54,808 bases of DNA, taken from the NCBI GenBank assembly GCA_964404605.1, contig CAYOKT010000006.1, positions 2,005 through 56,812 of the forward strand. Reading direction: 5' to 3'. A model generated the notes under the pieces. It saw nothing but the letters and a program-made list of their open reading frames with translations, was not told the DNA's origin and did no database searches. The stretch comes from an uncultured bacterium. GTDB taxonomy: Bacteria > Electryoneota > Electryoneia > Electryoneales > Electryoneaceae. Made by a program: the position numbers and the translations under genes. Below are positions 1 through 8,539 of the stretch, one piece after another; position 1 is the stretch's first letter, and every line of letters begins with the position of its first letter.

Positions 1-186
1 GGTCAGGGGATGTTGGTAGGCCGCCGCATCGAGGGACCCGGTTTCCGCGGCCGCGGTCCCGGCGGCGCCCTCCACCGGTGCGGTGGCGTTCTCCCCGCCC
101 GCCAGCAGGCGCGAGGCCGGCAGCCCGGCGACCCCGAGGGCGGCGATCCCGGCCGCCTTGATGAACTTTCTCCGGTCCACGATCAT
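1..186 (-). CDS. dsrO: DsrO, periplasmic Fe-S subunit of the DsrMKJOP complex (N-terminal fragment, cut by window edge)
   Basis: Not in the ORF track. Minus-strand translation from the ATG at 186 reads MIVDRRKFIKAAGIAALGVAGLPASRLLAGG, a twin-arginine (Tat) signal. The ATG overlaps the dsrJ stop as ATGA. Position after dsrJ fits the dsrMKJOP order. Confidence 0.7.
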   Translation of the reverse strand, partial: MIVDRRKFIKAAGIAALGVAGLPASRLLAGGENATAPVEGAAGTAAAETGSLDAAAYQHPLT

Positions 187-614
187 CGTGTCCCCTCCCC
201 CAGCGTCAGCGCCGCCTCCCCGGCCGCCGGCTCCGGGGCGACGTGGCAGTCCCAGCAGTAGGGCTCGACCGCGGCGTAGTCATGGCAGCGGTCGCAGAAG
301 GTGTCCTTGTTCGGGTGGCACTGCATGCAGGTGTTCGACAGGCTCATCGCGAAGCGCCGGCCATCCGGCGCGGTGTAGATCCGCCGGCCCCCGCGGACCA
401 CCTGCTCCCGCCAGTCGTTCAGCAGCTCCATGTGCGAGGTGCGCATCCTCTCCGCCTCGAGAACGCAGCGATCCTTGCCCGGCACGTCCCTGGTGGCGAT
501 CACCGGGTCCGGCGCCTCCCCGCCGCGTCCCTTCGCGGCGTCGTACCAGGCCGGGAAGGTGAAAAGCCCGATGAACAGCACCAGTCCGAGTGCGATTTTC
601 CAGGTGTCACGCAT
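183..614 (-). CDS. dsrJ: DsrJ, trihaem cytochrome c of DsrMKJOP
   Basis: 143 aa with an N-terminal hydrophobic anchor and three CxxCH motifs (CMQCH, CDRCH, CWDCH). Lies between dsrK and dsrO, with an 8-nt overlap with the dsrK end. Confidence 0.85.
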   Translation of the reverse strand: MRDTWKIALGLVLFIGLFTFPAWYDAAKGRGGEAPDPVIATRDVPGKDRCVLEAERMRTSHMELLNDWREQVVRGGRRIYTAPDGRRFAMSLSNTCMQCHPNKDTFCDRCHDYAAVEPYCWDCHVAPEPAAGEAALTLGEGTR

Positions 615-2262
615 CCTTCGCGCCCTCCATCGCCGGCGCCTGCAATTCCTTCAACTCCTCGTAGGGGGTGCCCCGCAGGTCGGTTTCCCGCGGCTTTTCG
701 CCCTTCATCACGAGGGCGTTGCCGACCATCTCGTGAATTCCCCCGACCTCGACGCCCGGCACCCAGTACTCGAGCAGCGGGGGCAGGGTCGCCTTGTCGA
801 TGGCGCAGATGCAGAGGAGCAGGTTGACGCCGTGCTTGTCATGCACCCACTTCACCGCGTTGGCGCGCGGCAGGCCTCCCCGCAACCGCATCTCCATGTT
901 CTCGTCGGTCCCGAGCCCCGCGCCCGAGCCGCAGCAGAAGGTCTGCTCGCGGATGGTGTTCTCCGGCATCTCGTGGAAGCTGTTGCAGACATTGCGGATG
1001 ACATACCGCGGCTCCTCCAGCAGCCCCATCCCCCGCGCCGGGTTGCAGGAGTCATGGAAGGTGACCCGCCAGTGGTCGTTGCGGCCCGGGTCCAGCTTCA
1101 ACTTGTTGTGCCTGATCAGGTCGGAGGTGAACTCGCAGATGTGCACCATCTTCGTCGATTTCGCGTGCTCGAACACCGTGCCGGTGATCGGGGAGCGGGG
1201 CACCTCGAGGTGGTCCGCCGGGCCGTTCATCGTGCCCATGTACTGGTGGACGACGCGCCACATGTGGCCGCATTCCCCGCCGAGGATCCACTTCACCCCC
1301 AGCCGCTTCGCCTCCGCGTACATCTTGGCGTTCAACCGCTTGACCATCTCGTGGCTGTGGAAGAGCCCGAAGTTGCCCCCCTCGCTGGCGTAGGTGCTCC
1401 AGGTGTAGTCGAGGCCGATCTCGTGGAAGAGGGCGAGGTAACCCAGCAGGGTGAAGTAGTGCGGGCTGGCGAAATAGTCCGCCGAGGGGGCGATGAACAG
1501 CACCTCGGCCCCCTTGCGGTTGATCGGCAGGTCCACCTTGATCCCGGTGATGTCCTCGAGTTCATCCCGGGCGAACTCCAGGCTGTCGACCACGCCGTGC
1601 GGCTGGATGCCGAGGTGGTTCCCGGTGCGGAAGCAGTTGGCGACCGGGGTCAGGATCCAGTCGATGCCGACGCCGATCAGGGCGAGCAGCTCCCGGGCGA
1701 TCATCGTGATCTCGGCGGTGTCGATCCCGTAGGGACAGAACACGGAGCAGCGGCGGCACTCGGTGCACTGGAAGAAGTAGAAGAACCACTCCTTGAGCAC
1801 CTCCTCGGTCAGCTCCCGCGCGCCGACCATCTTGCCCATCAGCTTGCCGGCGAGGGAATAGTCCCGGCGGTAGACGGAGCGGAGCAACTCGGCGCGCATC
1901 ACCGGCATGTTCTTCGGATCGCCCGACCCGAGGAAGTAGTGGCACTTGTCCGCGCAGGCGCCGCAACGGACGCAGATGTCGAGGAAGATGCGCAGCGAGC
2001 GGAAGCGGTCCAGCCGCTCGCGAAGCCCCTCGAGGATGATCTCGCGCCAGTTCTCCGGCAGCTGCCAGTCCTCCTGGTAGGGCTGCCACCTGCGCGGATT
2101 GGGCAGGTCGAGAACCTCCAGCGCCTTCGGGTCCGCCGCGTAACAGTAGCTCCCCTTCCGCTTATCGAAATCGATCGCGGGGTTCAACCAGTCGCGCCGC
2201 GGCGGAGAGTAGTCGATGTTCAGCAGGTCTTCCCGCTTGATCTTCTCCTCGGACATGGTCAC
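607..2262 (-). CDS. dsrK: DsrK, HdrD-like catalytic Fe-S subunit of DsrMKJOP
   Basis: 551 aa with ferredoxin-type Cys clusters (CVRCGACADKC, CTECRRCSVFC) and a CCG-type motif (FCCGSGAG). Start overlaps the dsrM stop (ATGA). Confidence 0.92.
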   Translation of the reverse strand: MTMSEEKIKREDLLNIDYSPPRRDWLNPAIDFDKRKGSYCYAADPKALEVLDLPNPRRWQPYQEDWQLPENWREIILEGLRERLDRFRSLRIFLDICVRCGACADKCHYFLGSGDPKNMPVMRAELLRSVYRRDYSLAGKLMGKMVGARELTEEVLKEWFFYFFQCTECRRCSVFCPYGIDTAEITMIARELLALIGVGIDWILTPVANCFRTGNHLGIQPHGVVDSLEFARDELEDITGIKVDLPINRKGAEVLFIAPSADYFASPHYFTLLGYLALFHEIGLDYTWSTYASEGGNFGLFHSHEMVKRLNAKMYAEAKRLGVKWILGGECGHMWRVVHQYMGTMNGPADHLEVPRSPITGTVFEHAKSTKMVHICEFTSDLIRHNKLKLDPGRNDHWRVTFHDSCNPARGMGLLEEPRYVIRNVCNSFHEMPENTIREQTFCCGSGAGLGTDENMEMRLRGGLPRANAVKWVHDKHGVNLLLCICAIDKATLPPLLEYWVPGVEVGGIHEMVGNALVMKGEKPRETDLRGTPYEELKELQAPAMEGAKDA

Positions 2263-3251
2263 TCCTTCTCCACGGGCAGCCCGGCCGCCTTCATCACGTC
2301 ACGGAACTCGTCTTCGTATTCCTCGTAGGTGTGCACTTTCACCGGGTAATTCCACGGGTTGACATGACGCCGCGTGCGGTTGTCGTTCGCCATGTTCCGC
2401 GTGGGACTGAGGAAGATGCCCGGCATGTGCATCAGCTTGCTGAAGGGGAAGTAGACCAGCAGCGTCGAGACGAGGAACAGGTGGAGATAGAACAGAACGC
2501 CCACCCCCTCCGGCACCACCGGATGACCGCTGAGCAGCCCCATCACCAGGTGCTTGACCTCGATCAGGTCCACCTTCGTGAAGTACCTCATCAGCACGCC
2601 GGTGGTCCCGATCGCGAGCAGCAACAGGAGCGGGAAATAGTCGCCGGTGAGGGAGAGGAGGCTCACCTTCGCATCGGCCAGTCGGCGATAGAGCAGGTAG
2701 AGAAGCGCCGCGGGGAAGAGTATGTCGGTGATGTAGATGACCGGCAGTCCGACCTGGAAGAAGCCGTCTACGCTCTCGATGGCGGCGACGAAGCCGGGCA
2801 TCGGCTCGGTGAAGAAGCGGAAGTGACGGATGACGATGACCAGCATCGACCAGTGGAAAGCCATCGCCCCGAACCAGAGCCACACACTCGTGCCGTACGC
2901 CAGCTTCGGCCCCTGCCTCAGCTCCGCCTTCGTGTTGCGAAACAGGGAGCGGAAGAGCAGCACTTCCATCGCCATCCGCCCGATCACTCCCCAGGCGCCC
3001 GTGGGCGCCTCGAAACGGTCGTGCCGGATCCACGGCAGGGCCTTCTGCTGGCCGCATGTGGTGGTGATCTTGAAGGGCACCGGCGTGCGCGCCCAGCGGA
3101 CGACCCGCAGCACGAAGCCGACGAGGAACACCACCGCCGCCAGGGCCGGCACGCCGACGGCGAACACCGCCCGCAGCCATCCCACCTCCGCGCCCACGGT
3201 GGCCAGCGCGAGCAGAATCAACACGACCAGCAGCGAAAACCAGAATCTCAT
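2259..3251 (-). CDS. dsrM: DsrM, membrane dihaem-b (NarI/HdrE-like) subunit of DsrMKJOP
   Basis: Track ORF 2259..3329 trimmed to the internal ATG at 3251 (MRFWFSLLVVLILLALA), which abuts the upstream gene's stop. Polytopic hydrophobic protein directly upstream of dsrK. Confidence 0.88.
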   Translation of the reverse strand: MRFWFSLLVVLILLALATVGAEVGWLRAVFAVGVPALAAVVFLVGFVLRVVRWARTPVPFKITTTCGQQKALPWIRHDRFEAPTGAWGVIGRMAMEVLLFRSLFRNTKAELRQGPKLAYGTSVWLWFGAMAFHWSMLVIVIRHFRFFTEPMPGFVAAIESVDGFFQVGLPVIYITDILFPAALLYLLYRRLADAKVSLLSLTGDYFPLLLLLAIGTTGVLMRYFTKVDLIEVKHLVMGLLSGHPVVPEGVGVLFYLHLFLVSTLLVYFPFSKLMHMPGIFLSPTRNMANDNRTRRHVNPWNYPVKVHTYEEYEDEFRDVMKAAGLPVEKE

Positions 3252-3844
3252 CAGGCGCCACCTCCCCCGTTGCCGTTCCCGGCGCGGGTGCCGTTGTTCA
3301 TGCAGCGATCCCCCTGCTTCCAGGTGCACCCCTCCTCCACCGCCCAGGAGGGCGCCTGGGCGCGGCGGAGGATCTGTTCGCCCGCCCGACGGAGCTCCCC
3401 CTCGCGGAGCTGGTAGATCTCCTCGCGGCAGTTCATGAACAGGTCGAAGGCGTGCAGGGCGAGGCGGTCCACCCGCGACTCGAAGGCGAGCAGCTCGGCG
3501 AATCGGCCCTCCCGCTCCACCTCCCCGGCGACCTCCTCGCGCACCACTTTCTTCAGCAGGAAGATGAACCCCACCGCCTCCGCAGGGCTGAAGTCCTGCA
3601 CGGCACGGATGCGGACGATGCCGTCCAGGACGCGTTGCAGCCGCTCCTCCTCTTCCATCCCCCCCAGCAGCATGTCGTACAGCGCGGCCGTACTCTCCTC
3701 GAAGACAGCCCCCATCGGGTTCCGGAAGCGGTCACCCGTCCGTTTCAGATACGTAACGGCGTACGGGGGATAGGTATCGAAGAGATGAGACCTCCAGGCC
3801 GTGAGAATGGAGGGTTTCCGTTCGCGTAAGAGGTCCTCAAGCAT
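3251..3844 (-). CDS. dsrT: RsbRD N-terminal-domain protein, DsrT-like
   Basis: 197 aa. The N-terminal ~150 aa match my recollection of the RsbRD_N/DsrT pattern (FRNPMG, IRIRAVQDFSPAEAVGFIFLLKKVV). Sits immediately upstream of dsrM, as dsrT does in dsrTMKJOP loci. Gly/Asn-rich C-terminal tail. Assignment is from motif memory, not a search. Confidence 0.55.
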   Translation of the reverse strand: MLEDLLRERKPSILTAWRSHLFDTYPPYAVTYLKRTGDRFRNPMGAVFEESTAALYDMLLGGMEEEERLQRVLDGIVRIRAVQDFSPAEAVGFIFLLKKVVREEVAGEVEREGRFAELLAFESRVDRLALHAFDLFMNCREEIYQLREGELRRAGEQILRRAQAPSWAVEEGCTWKQGDRCMNNGTRAGNGNGGGGA

Positions 3845-3927
3845 CAGCCTCTCCTTTCGCCGTCATATCGGACCGGAGTGGCGGCAACTACCGCAGGAAC
3901 GCTCAATCTTTTACGCTTGCGTGTGAA

Positions 3928-3945
3928 CCCTTTCACGAGAAAGGG
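3928..3945 (-). terminator. Short hairpin between the TPR gene and the dsrT-like gene (possible weak terminator or processing site)
   Basis: CCCTTTC-ACGA-GAAAGGG, a perfect 7-bp stem in a locally lower-GC spacer. No clear U-tract on the minus strand. Confidence 0.3.
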
Positions 3946-3973
3946 TGCAACACGCCTTTTCACTCTCCACCCG

Positions 3974-4504
3974 TCAGGACGCCTCCGCGGGCGAGGCGAA
4001 GCGAACGCCGGCCTCGACGGCGAGCCGCTCGTATTTCTTCGCCTCGTTTTCCCTGCCCAGGGCGTGGTGCGACCGGGAGAGGGCCGCCAGCGCGACGGGA
4101 TGCTTCGGTTCGACCCGCAGCACGCGCTCCATCTCCCCGATGCACTCCTCGTAGCGCCCGAGGAGGTACAGCGCCATGCCCAGGTTGGAGCGGGCGGCCA
4201 GGAGGTTCGGGCTCGTTTCGAGGAGCGTGCGGTTCTCCGCCGCCGCCGCCTCGTAGTCGCCGAGGTGGAACAGGGCGACGGCGAGGTTCATCCTCGCCGG
4301 AACCAGCGCGGGATCCCGGGAGAGCGCTTCCCGGAAGGAACGCGTCGCTTCCCGCAACTGCTCCGCCTTCACCTGGGCGAGACCGAGCTGGAGCCAGGTG
4401 GAGGCGGGCGCATCGCCGCCGGCCACCGCCTCCAGCAGCGGTTCCACCGTGCGGCGGATCAGCGCGCGGCGCATCTCCTCCCTCGTCGGCATCTTGATCG
4501 CCAT
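3974..4504 (-). CDS. Tetratricopeptide-repeat (TPR) protein
   Basis: Track ORF 3974..4777 trimmed to MAIKMPTREEM at 4504, because the longer form would overlap dsrN. About 3-4 TPR-like units (WLQLGLAQVKAEQLREATRSFREAL, NLAVALFHLGDYEAA, NLGMALYLLGRYEECI). Confidence 0.7.
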   Translation of the reverse strand: MAIKMPTREEMRRALIRRTVEPLLEAVAGGDAPASTWLQLGLAQVKAEQLREATRSFREALSRDPALVPARMNLAVALFHLGDYEAAAAENRTLLETSPNLLAARSNLGMALYLLGRYEECIGEMERVLRVEPKHPVALAALSRSHHALGRENEAKKYERLAVEAGVRFASPAEAS

Positions 4505-4571
4505 GCCTTCTCCCGCTTTTCCAGGCGCCCCAACCCCGGGAACTTCGTCGTCGCTGCGGAAGTGCGCCGCC

Positions 4572-5984
4572 TCAGGCGTCGCGACGCGACCGGCGGTGCC
4601 GCTCCGCCGCCGCGACCAGCCCCGCCGCCCATTCGCGCTGCCCGGCGGCGTGGACATGGGTGTAGAGGGCCAGCGTGTTGCCCGCGAGCAACCCGTCACG
4701 TCCGCCGCCGACCCCTGCCCCCCGCTCCAGCTCGAGGGCCGTCCACTCCCCGAGAGTCCCCTCCAGCATCTCGACATGGGAATGGTGGAACTCGTGGCCG
4801 CGGATCTCGGTCCCGACGGGATACACGGGGTTCGGCCGGTCCACGCGGCCGATGGTGTAGCCGTGTCCCGTCGGCCGGTCCGACCACCCCACCTCCACGG
4901 GGAGCACCCCGGCCATCGGGTAGTTCCGCCCGCGGAAGGCGATGCGCCGGGTGAGCAGCATCAGCCCGCCGCACTCGGCGTAGATCGGCAGCCCCGCCTC
5001 CGCCGCCCGGCGCAGCGAGGCGAGGAACCCGGTGTTGGCGGCGAGCCGCTCCGCATGGGTCTCCGGGAAGCCGCCGCCGATGTAGAGCGCATCCAACTCC
5101 CCGGGCAGCCCGCTGTCCGCGAGGGCGCTCACGGTGACCAGTTCCGCACCCTCCCCCCGCAGCGCCTCGAGGTTCTCGGGGTAATAGAAGGGGAAGGCGG
5201 CGTCCCGCAGCACGCCGATACGCGGCGGCTCCCCGGCCGGCCGGGCCTCCTTGCCGCCCGGGCCCGCCTCCCCCGCCGCGTCCGGCGGCGGGAACTCCCG
5301 CAGGCGGGCGTGCAACGCCTCGAGGTCCAGATGCTCCTCGACCAGCCGCCGCGCCTCCGCGACGGCTTCGGCCGCCTCGGGGTGTTCGTCCGTGGTGAGC
5401 AGCCCGAGGTGGCGGCCGGGGATCATCTTCTCCCCGCGAACGCGCGGGATCGCCCCCAGCACCGGCAGCCCGGTGACGCTCTCGATGGCCTCTCCCGCCA
5501 CGTTCCGGTGGCGCGAACCCCCGACACGGTTGAGGATGACGCCGGCGAACTTCAAGCCGGGGTCGAGTTTCACCGCGCCGAGGACCAGCGCGGCGGCGGT
5601 GCGGGTCATCTTGGTGACATCCACCACCAGGAGAACCGGCACGTCGAGCAGGCGGGCGAGGGCCGCGGTGCTGTGCGTCCCCGCGGCATCCATGCCGTCA
5701 AAGAGCCCGCGGTTCCCCTCGATGAGGGCGAGATCCGCGCCGGGCGCGTGCCGCCGCCAGGTGTCCCGTATGGTCCGGCCGCTCATCAGGAAACTGTCGA
5801 GGTTGCGGCAGGGGACTCCCGCCGCGAGCGACAACCAGGCGGCGTCGATGTAATCGGGTCCCTTCTTGAAGGGGATGACCCGCAGCCCCTTTCGCACCCA
5901 TGCGGCGGCCAGCCCCAGCGAGACAAGCGTTTTACCCGAATCTCCGCTGAGGCCGGCCACCATCACGGATGCATGACCGTTCAT
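4572..5984 (-). CDS. dsrN: DsrN, cobyrinate a,c-diamide synthase (CbiA/CobB) homologue, proposed sirohaem amidase
   Basis: P-loop MVAGLSGDSGKT, CbiA-like N-terminal ATPase half and C-terminal glutamine amidotransferase half (YAECGGLM). Adjacent to dsrC. Start is either the ATG at 5984 or the GTG at 6002, which overlaps the dsrC end. Confidence 0.8.
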   Translation of the reverse strand: MNGHASVMVAGLSGDSGKTLVSLGLAAAWVRKGLRVIPFKKGPDYIDAAWLSLAAGVPCRNLDSFLMSGRTIRDTWRRHAPGADLALIEGNRGLFDGMDAAGTHSTAALARLLDVPVLLVVDVTKMTRTAAALVLGAVKLDPGLKFAGVILNRVGGSRHRNVAGEAIESVTGLPVLGAIPRVRGEKMIPGRHLGLLTTDEHPEAAEAVAEARRLVEEHLDLEALHARLREFPPPDAAGEAGPGGKEARPAGEPPRIGVLRDAAFPFYYPENLEALRGEGAELVTVSALADSGLPGELDALYIGGGFPETHAERLAANTGFLASLRRAAEAGLPIYAECGGLMLLTRRIAFRGRNYPMAGVLPVEVGWSDRPTGHGYTIGRVDRPNPVYPVGTEIRGHEFHHSHVEMLEGTLGEWTALELERGAGVGGGRDGLLAGNTLALYTHVHAAGQREWAAGLVAAAERHRRSRRDA

Positions 5985-5992
5985 CGCCGGGA

Positions 5993-6310
5993 TCAGACGC
6001 ACCCGGTCGGCTTCGGCAGCCCCGCCACCTTGCAGGCTCCCTTCGCGGGGCCGGAGGGGAACAGCTCATAGATCCGCTTCAGCGGAAAGCCGGTCTCCTT
6101 GCAAAGCTTGCGAACCATCGGGGCGATCCCGAACTGCTGGTAGTAGTTGCGGAGATAGTTGACGACTTTCCAGTGCTCCTCGGTCATCTCCGAGACACCT
6201 TCGGTTTCGGCGAGGGCTTTCGCCACTGCCTCACTCCAGACATCGGGGTCCTGAATGAAGCCGTCCTCGTCGACTTCAACCGAAATCCCGGCAGCTTCGA
6301 AGGTCGGCAT
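5993..6310 (-). CDS. dsrC: DsrC, sulfur-trafficking substrate protein of DsrAB (TusE/DsrC family)
   Basis: 105 aa from the ATG at 6310, preceded by AAGGTGG. C-terminal arm CKVAGLPKPTGCV carries both conserved cysteines of bona fide DsrC. Confidence 0.93.
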   Translation of the reverse strand: MPTFEAAGISVEVDEDGFIQDPDVWSEAVAKALAETEGVSEMTEEHWKVVNYLRNYYQQFGIAPMVRKLCKETGFPLKRIYELFPSGPAKGACKVAGLPKPTGCV

Positions 6311-6391
6311 AGTCCCACCTTTCCTGTTGCGCATGCCCCCGGCATGCATTGTTCACGCGATGGCTGTAGAAAGAACTTGTCAACACCTGTT

Positions 6392-8080
6392 TTACTTCAT
6401 CTCGATGTACCCGCAGGGGCAAACCTCCGAGCACTTCTTGCACCCCGTGCAGAACTCCAGCTTGAAGGTGTACTTCTCACCCGGCCGGAGGGGTTTTACA
6501 ATCGCCTGGTCCTGGCAGTAGGCCCAGCATTCGCCGCACTCGATGCAGTAGCCGCAGCTCATACAGCGCGCCGCCTCGAACACCGCCTCCTCCTGGGTCA
6601 GGGTGCGGGTGATCTCCCGGTCGCCCTCCTTCAATCGCACTTCGACCGGGAGCTGTTCGATCTCCTTGCGAAGCTGCTGCTCGAAGTGGTCGAGCAGGAT
6701 CCTGTCCTCCTTGATGAGGGGCGGCTTCTCATCCTTCGCCAGCGGCAGGCCGCGGAACCGGGCGTGAATCGTGTCCGCCGCGCGGCGGCCCTGGTAGAGG
6801 GCGATGGTCACCAGGCCAAGCTCGAGCACATCTCCCCCGACGACGACGTGGTCGTCGCCCGTCTGCATGAACTCGTCCGCCTTCGCCCACTCCTTCGGTC
6901 CCGCCTTGATCTTCTCGAGCCCCTCGAAGTCCGGCTCCTGGCTGATGGACGGGATGAAGAAGGTGCACTCGAGGTCGAAGAACTCATCGATCGGCACCGG
7001 CCTGCGGCGGCCCGACTCGTCCGGCTCGCCGAGCTTCATCTTCTGGCAGCGGAGCCCGACCGCGCGGTCGCCCTCGGTGTACACCTTCACCGGGGCGGCG
7101 AGGAAGATGAAGTTGACCCCCTCCTCCTCCGCGCCGACGATCTCCTCCTCGATGGCGGGCATCTCGTTGCGCGTCCGGCGGTAGACGATGGTCACCTCCG
7201 CGCCGAGGCGGAGGCTCACCCGGGCGGCGTCGATCGCCGTGTCCCCTCCGCCGACGACCACCACCTTGTCACCCACCTCCGGCGGATACCCCGTGTTGAC
7301 AAGGTTGAGAAAGCCGGTGCCGGTGGAGACATTCTCCGCATCCTCTCCCTCGATACCCATCTTACGGCCCTTGTGGGCGCCGATGCCGACGAAGACGGCG
7401 TCGTACTCGTCCCGCACCTTGTCGAAGGGGATGTCCTTGCCGACGGCGACATTCGTCCTCAGCTCCACCCCGAGGTCGAGGATCCGCTGGATCTCCGCGT
7501 CGAGCACCTCGCGCGGCAGGCGGTAGGCCGGGATGCCGTAACGCAGCATGCCGCCGGGGCTGGAGAACGCCTCGAAGACCGTGACCCCGTACCCTCTCTT
7601 CGCGAGATGGTAGGCGCAGTTCAGCCCGGCGGGGCCGGAACCGATCACCGCCACCTTCTCCTCGCGCGGCTGGTAATCGGGGTCCTTTTTCAATTCGAAC
7701 TTGTGGTCCAGTCCCCAGTCGCCGAGGAAACGCTCGAGGGCGTTGATCGACACCGCGCCGTCCTTCACCTTGCGGTTGCATTCCCCTTCGCAAGGGTGGG
7801 GGCAGACCCGCCCGCAGACCGCGGGGAAGGGGTTCTTCTCGGTGAGGATCTCCCAGGCCCGGGTGAAGGCCTCATCGAGGGAGATGCCGTGTTTCTCGTG
7901 CAGGCTGATGGTGTTGATCACCCCGCGGATGTCCGTGCCCTGGGGGCAGCCGGCCATGCAGGGAGCCAGTTTTTCCAGATGGTAGGGCCGCAGGTCCGAC
8001 ACTTCCTTCGAGGAAGCGCCCCCGTGCCCCGCGAGGGCGGTGGCACTGAGCTTCTTTTTCTTGGTCCTCTTGATCGGCAT
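6392..8080 (-). CDS. dsrL: DsrL, GltD-like NAD(P)H:acceptor Fe-S flavoprotein with C-terminal ferredoxin domain
   Basis: 562 aa. N-terminal Cys clusters (CMAGCP, CGRVCPHPCEGEC), two Rossmann motifs (VAVIGSGPAG, VVVVGGGDTA), YRR at residues 300-302, and a C-terminal 2x[4Fe-4S] ferredoxin domain (CMSCGYCIECGEC, CTGCKKCSEVCP). Confidence 0.85.
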   Translation of the reverse strand: MPIKRTKKKKLSATALAGHGGASSKEVSDLRPYHLEKLAPCMAGCPQGTDIRGVINTISLHEKHGISLDEAFTRAWEILTEKNPFPAVCGRVCPHPCEGECNRKVKDGAVSINALERFLGDWGLDHKFELKKDPDYQPREEKVAVIGSGPAGLNCAYHLAKRGYGVTVFEAFSSPGGMLRYGIPAYRLPREVLDAEIQRILDLGVELRTNVAVGKDIPFDKVRDEYDAVFVGIGAHKGRKMGIEGEDAENVSTGTGFLNLVNTGYPPEVGDKVVVVGGGDTAIDAARVSLRLGAEVTIVYRRTRNEMPAIEEEIVGAEEEGVNFIFLAAPVKVYTEGDRAVGLRCQKMKLGEPDESGRRRPVPIDEFFDLECTFFIPSISQEPDFEGLEKIKAGPKEWAKADEFMQTGDDHVVVGGDVLELGLVTIALYQGRRAADTIHARFRGLPLAKDEKPPLIKEDRILLDHFEQQLRKEIEQLPVEVRLKEGDREITRTLTQEEAVFEAARCMSCGYCIECGECWAYCQDQAIVKPLRPGEKYTFKLEFCTGCKKCSEVCPCGYIEMK

Positions 8081-8274
8081 GGTGTACTCCCTCGTGTCAC
8101 CGGACCGTGCTGCGTTGCCGAAGTACCGGCCCGATACTCACACTTCTCCCGCCGACCCGGTTCGCCGCGACCGGGCCCGACGGCCCGGCCGCGACGTGTG
8201 CGGCCCTCCGGCGCCCCCCACGGCGGGAACCGGGCAAAACCGGCTCCCCTCGTCCGCGGGCCGCACAACGGCGC

Positions 8275-8526
8275 CTACTCGTTCGCGGCGCCCTCCGAGT
8301 GCGGAATCTCGATGTAACTGCCGCCGAAATAGGTGTAGACACACCTGCCGCTGTCGATCAGGCTCCGGATCGCAGCCTTGCAGAGCTTCTTGTCCACACC
8401 CTCCTCGCCGTGCAGCTTGAGGATCGATTTGGTCACATCCATCGGCTTCAGCTTCTTCTTCACCTCAGCCGCTTCGGCGATCATCTTGTACATCTCATCG
8501 GCGACCTGGTCCAGGGTCATCGCCAT
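8275..8526 (-). CDS. dsrD: DsrD, small winged-helix protein associated with reductive DsrAB
   Basis: 83 aa, starting 13 nt after the dsrB stop. Lys-rich stretch (KKKLKPMDV) and C-terminal SGRCVYTYFGGSYIEI resemble the Desulfovibrio DsrD pattern (KSKFYFND, EYWSSGSTTMYG), recalled from memory. Confidence 0.75.
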   Translation of the reverse strand: MAMTLDQVADEMYKMIAEAAEVKKKLKPMDVTKSILKLHGEEGVDKKLCKAAIRSLIDSGRCVYTYFGGSYIEIPHSEGAANE

Positions 8527-8539
8527 GACGTACCTCTCG

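Noticed and set aside
430-2328. 632-aa plus-strand ORF covering dsrK and dsrJ
   Set aside because: It is antisense to a gene with unmistakable DsrK motifs. The product is Arg/Pro/Gly/Ala/Val-rich low complexity, typical of shadow ORFs in high-GC DNA.
6378-6383. TTGACA hexamer (minus strand) upstream of dsrC as a possible dedicated dsrC promoter
   Set aside because: There is no acceptable -10 element at 16-19 nt spacing, so the evidence is too weak to annotate. The neighbouring GCATGCC-CCC-GGCATGC hairpin is noted but not interpreted.
5969-8317. 782-aa plus-strand ORF across dsrC, dsrL and the dsrD end
   Set aside because: Antisense shadow ORF with no recognisable motifs. The minus strand encodes three proteins with clear family signatures.
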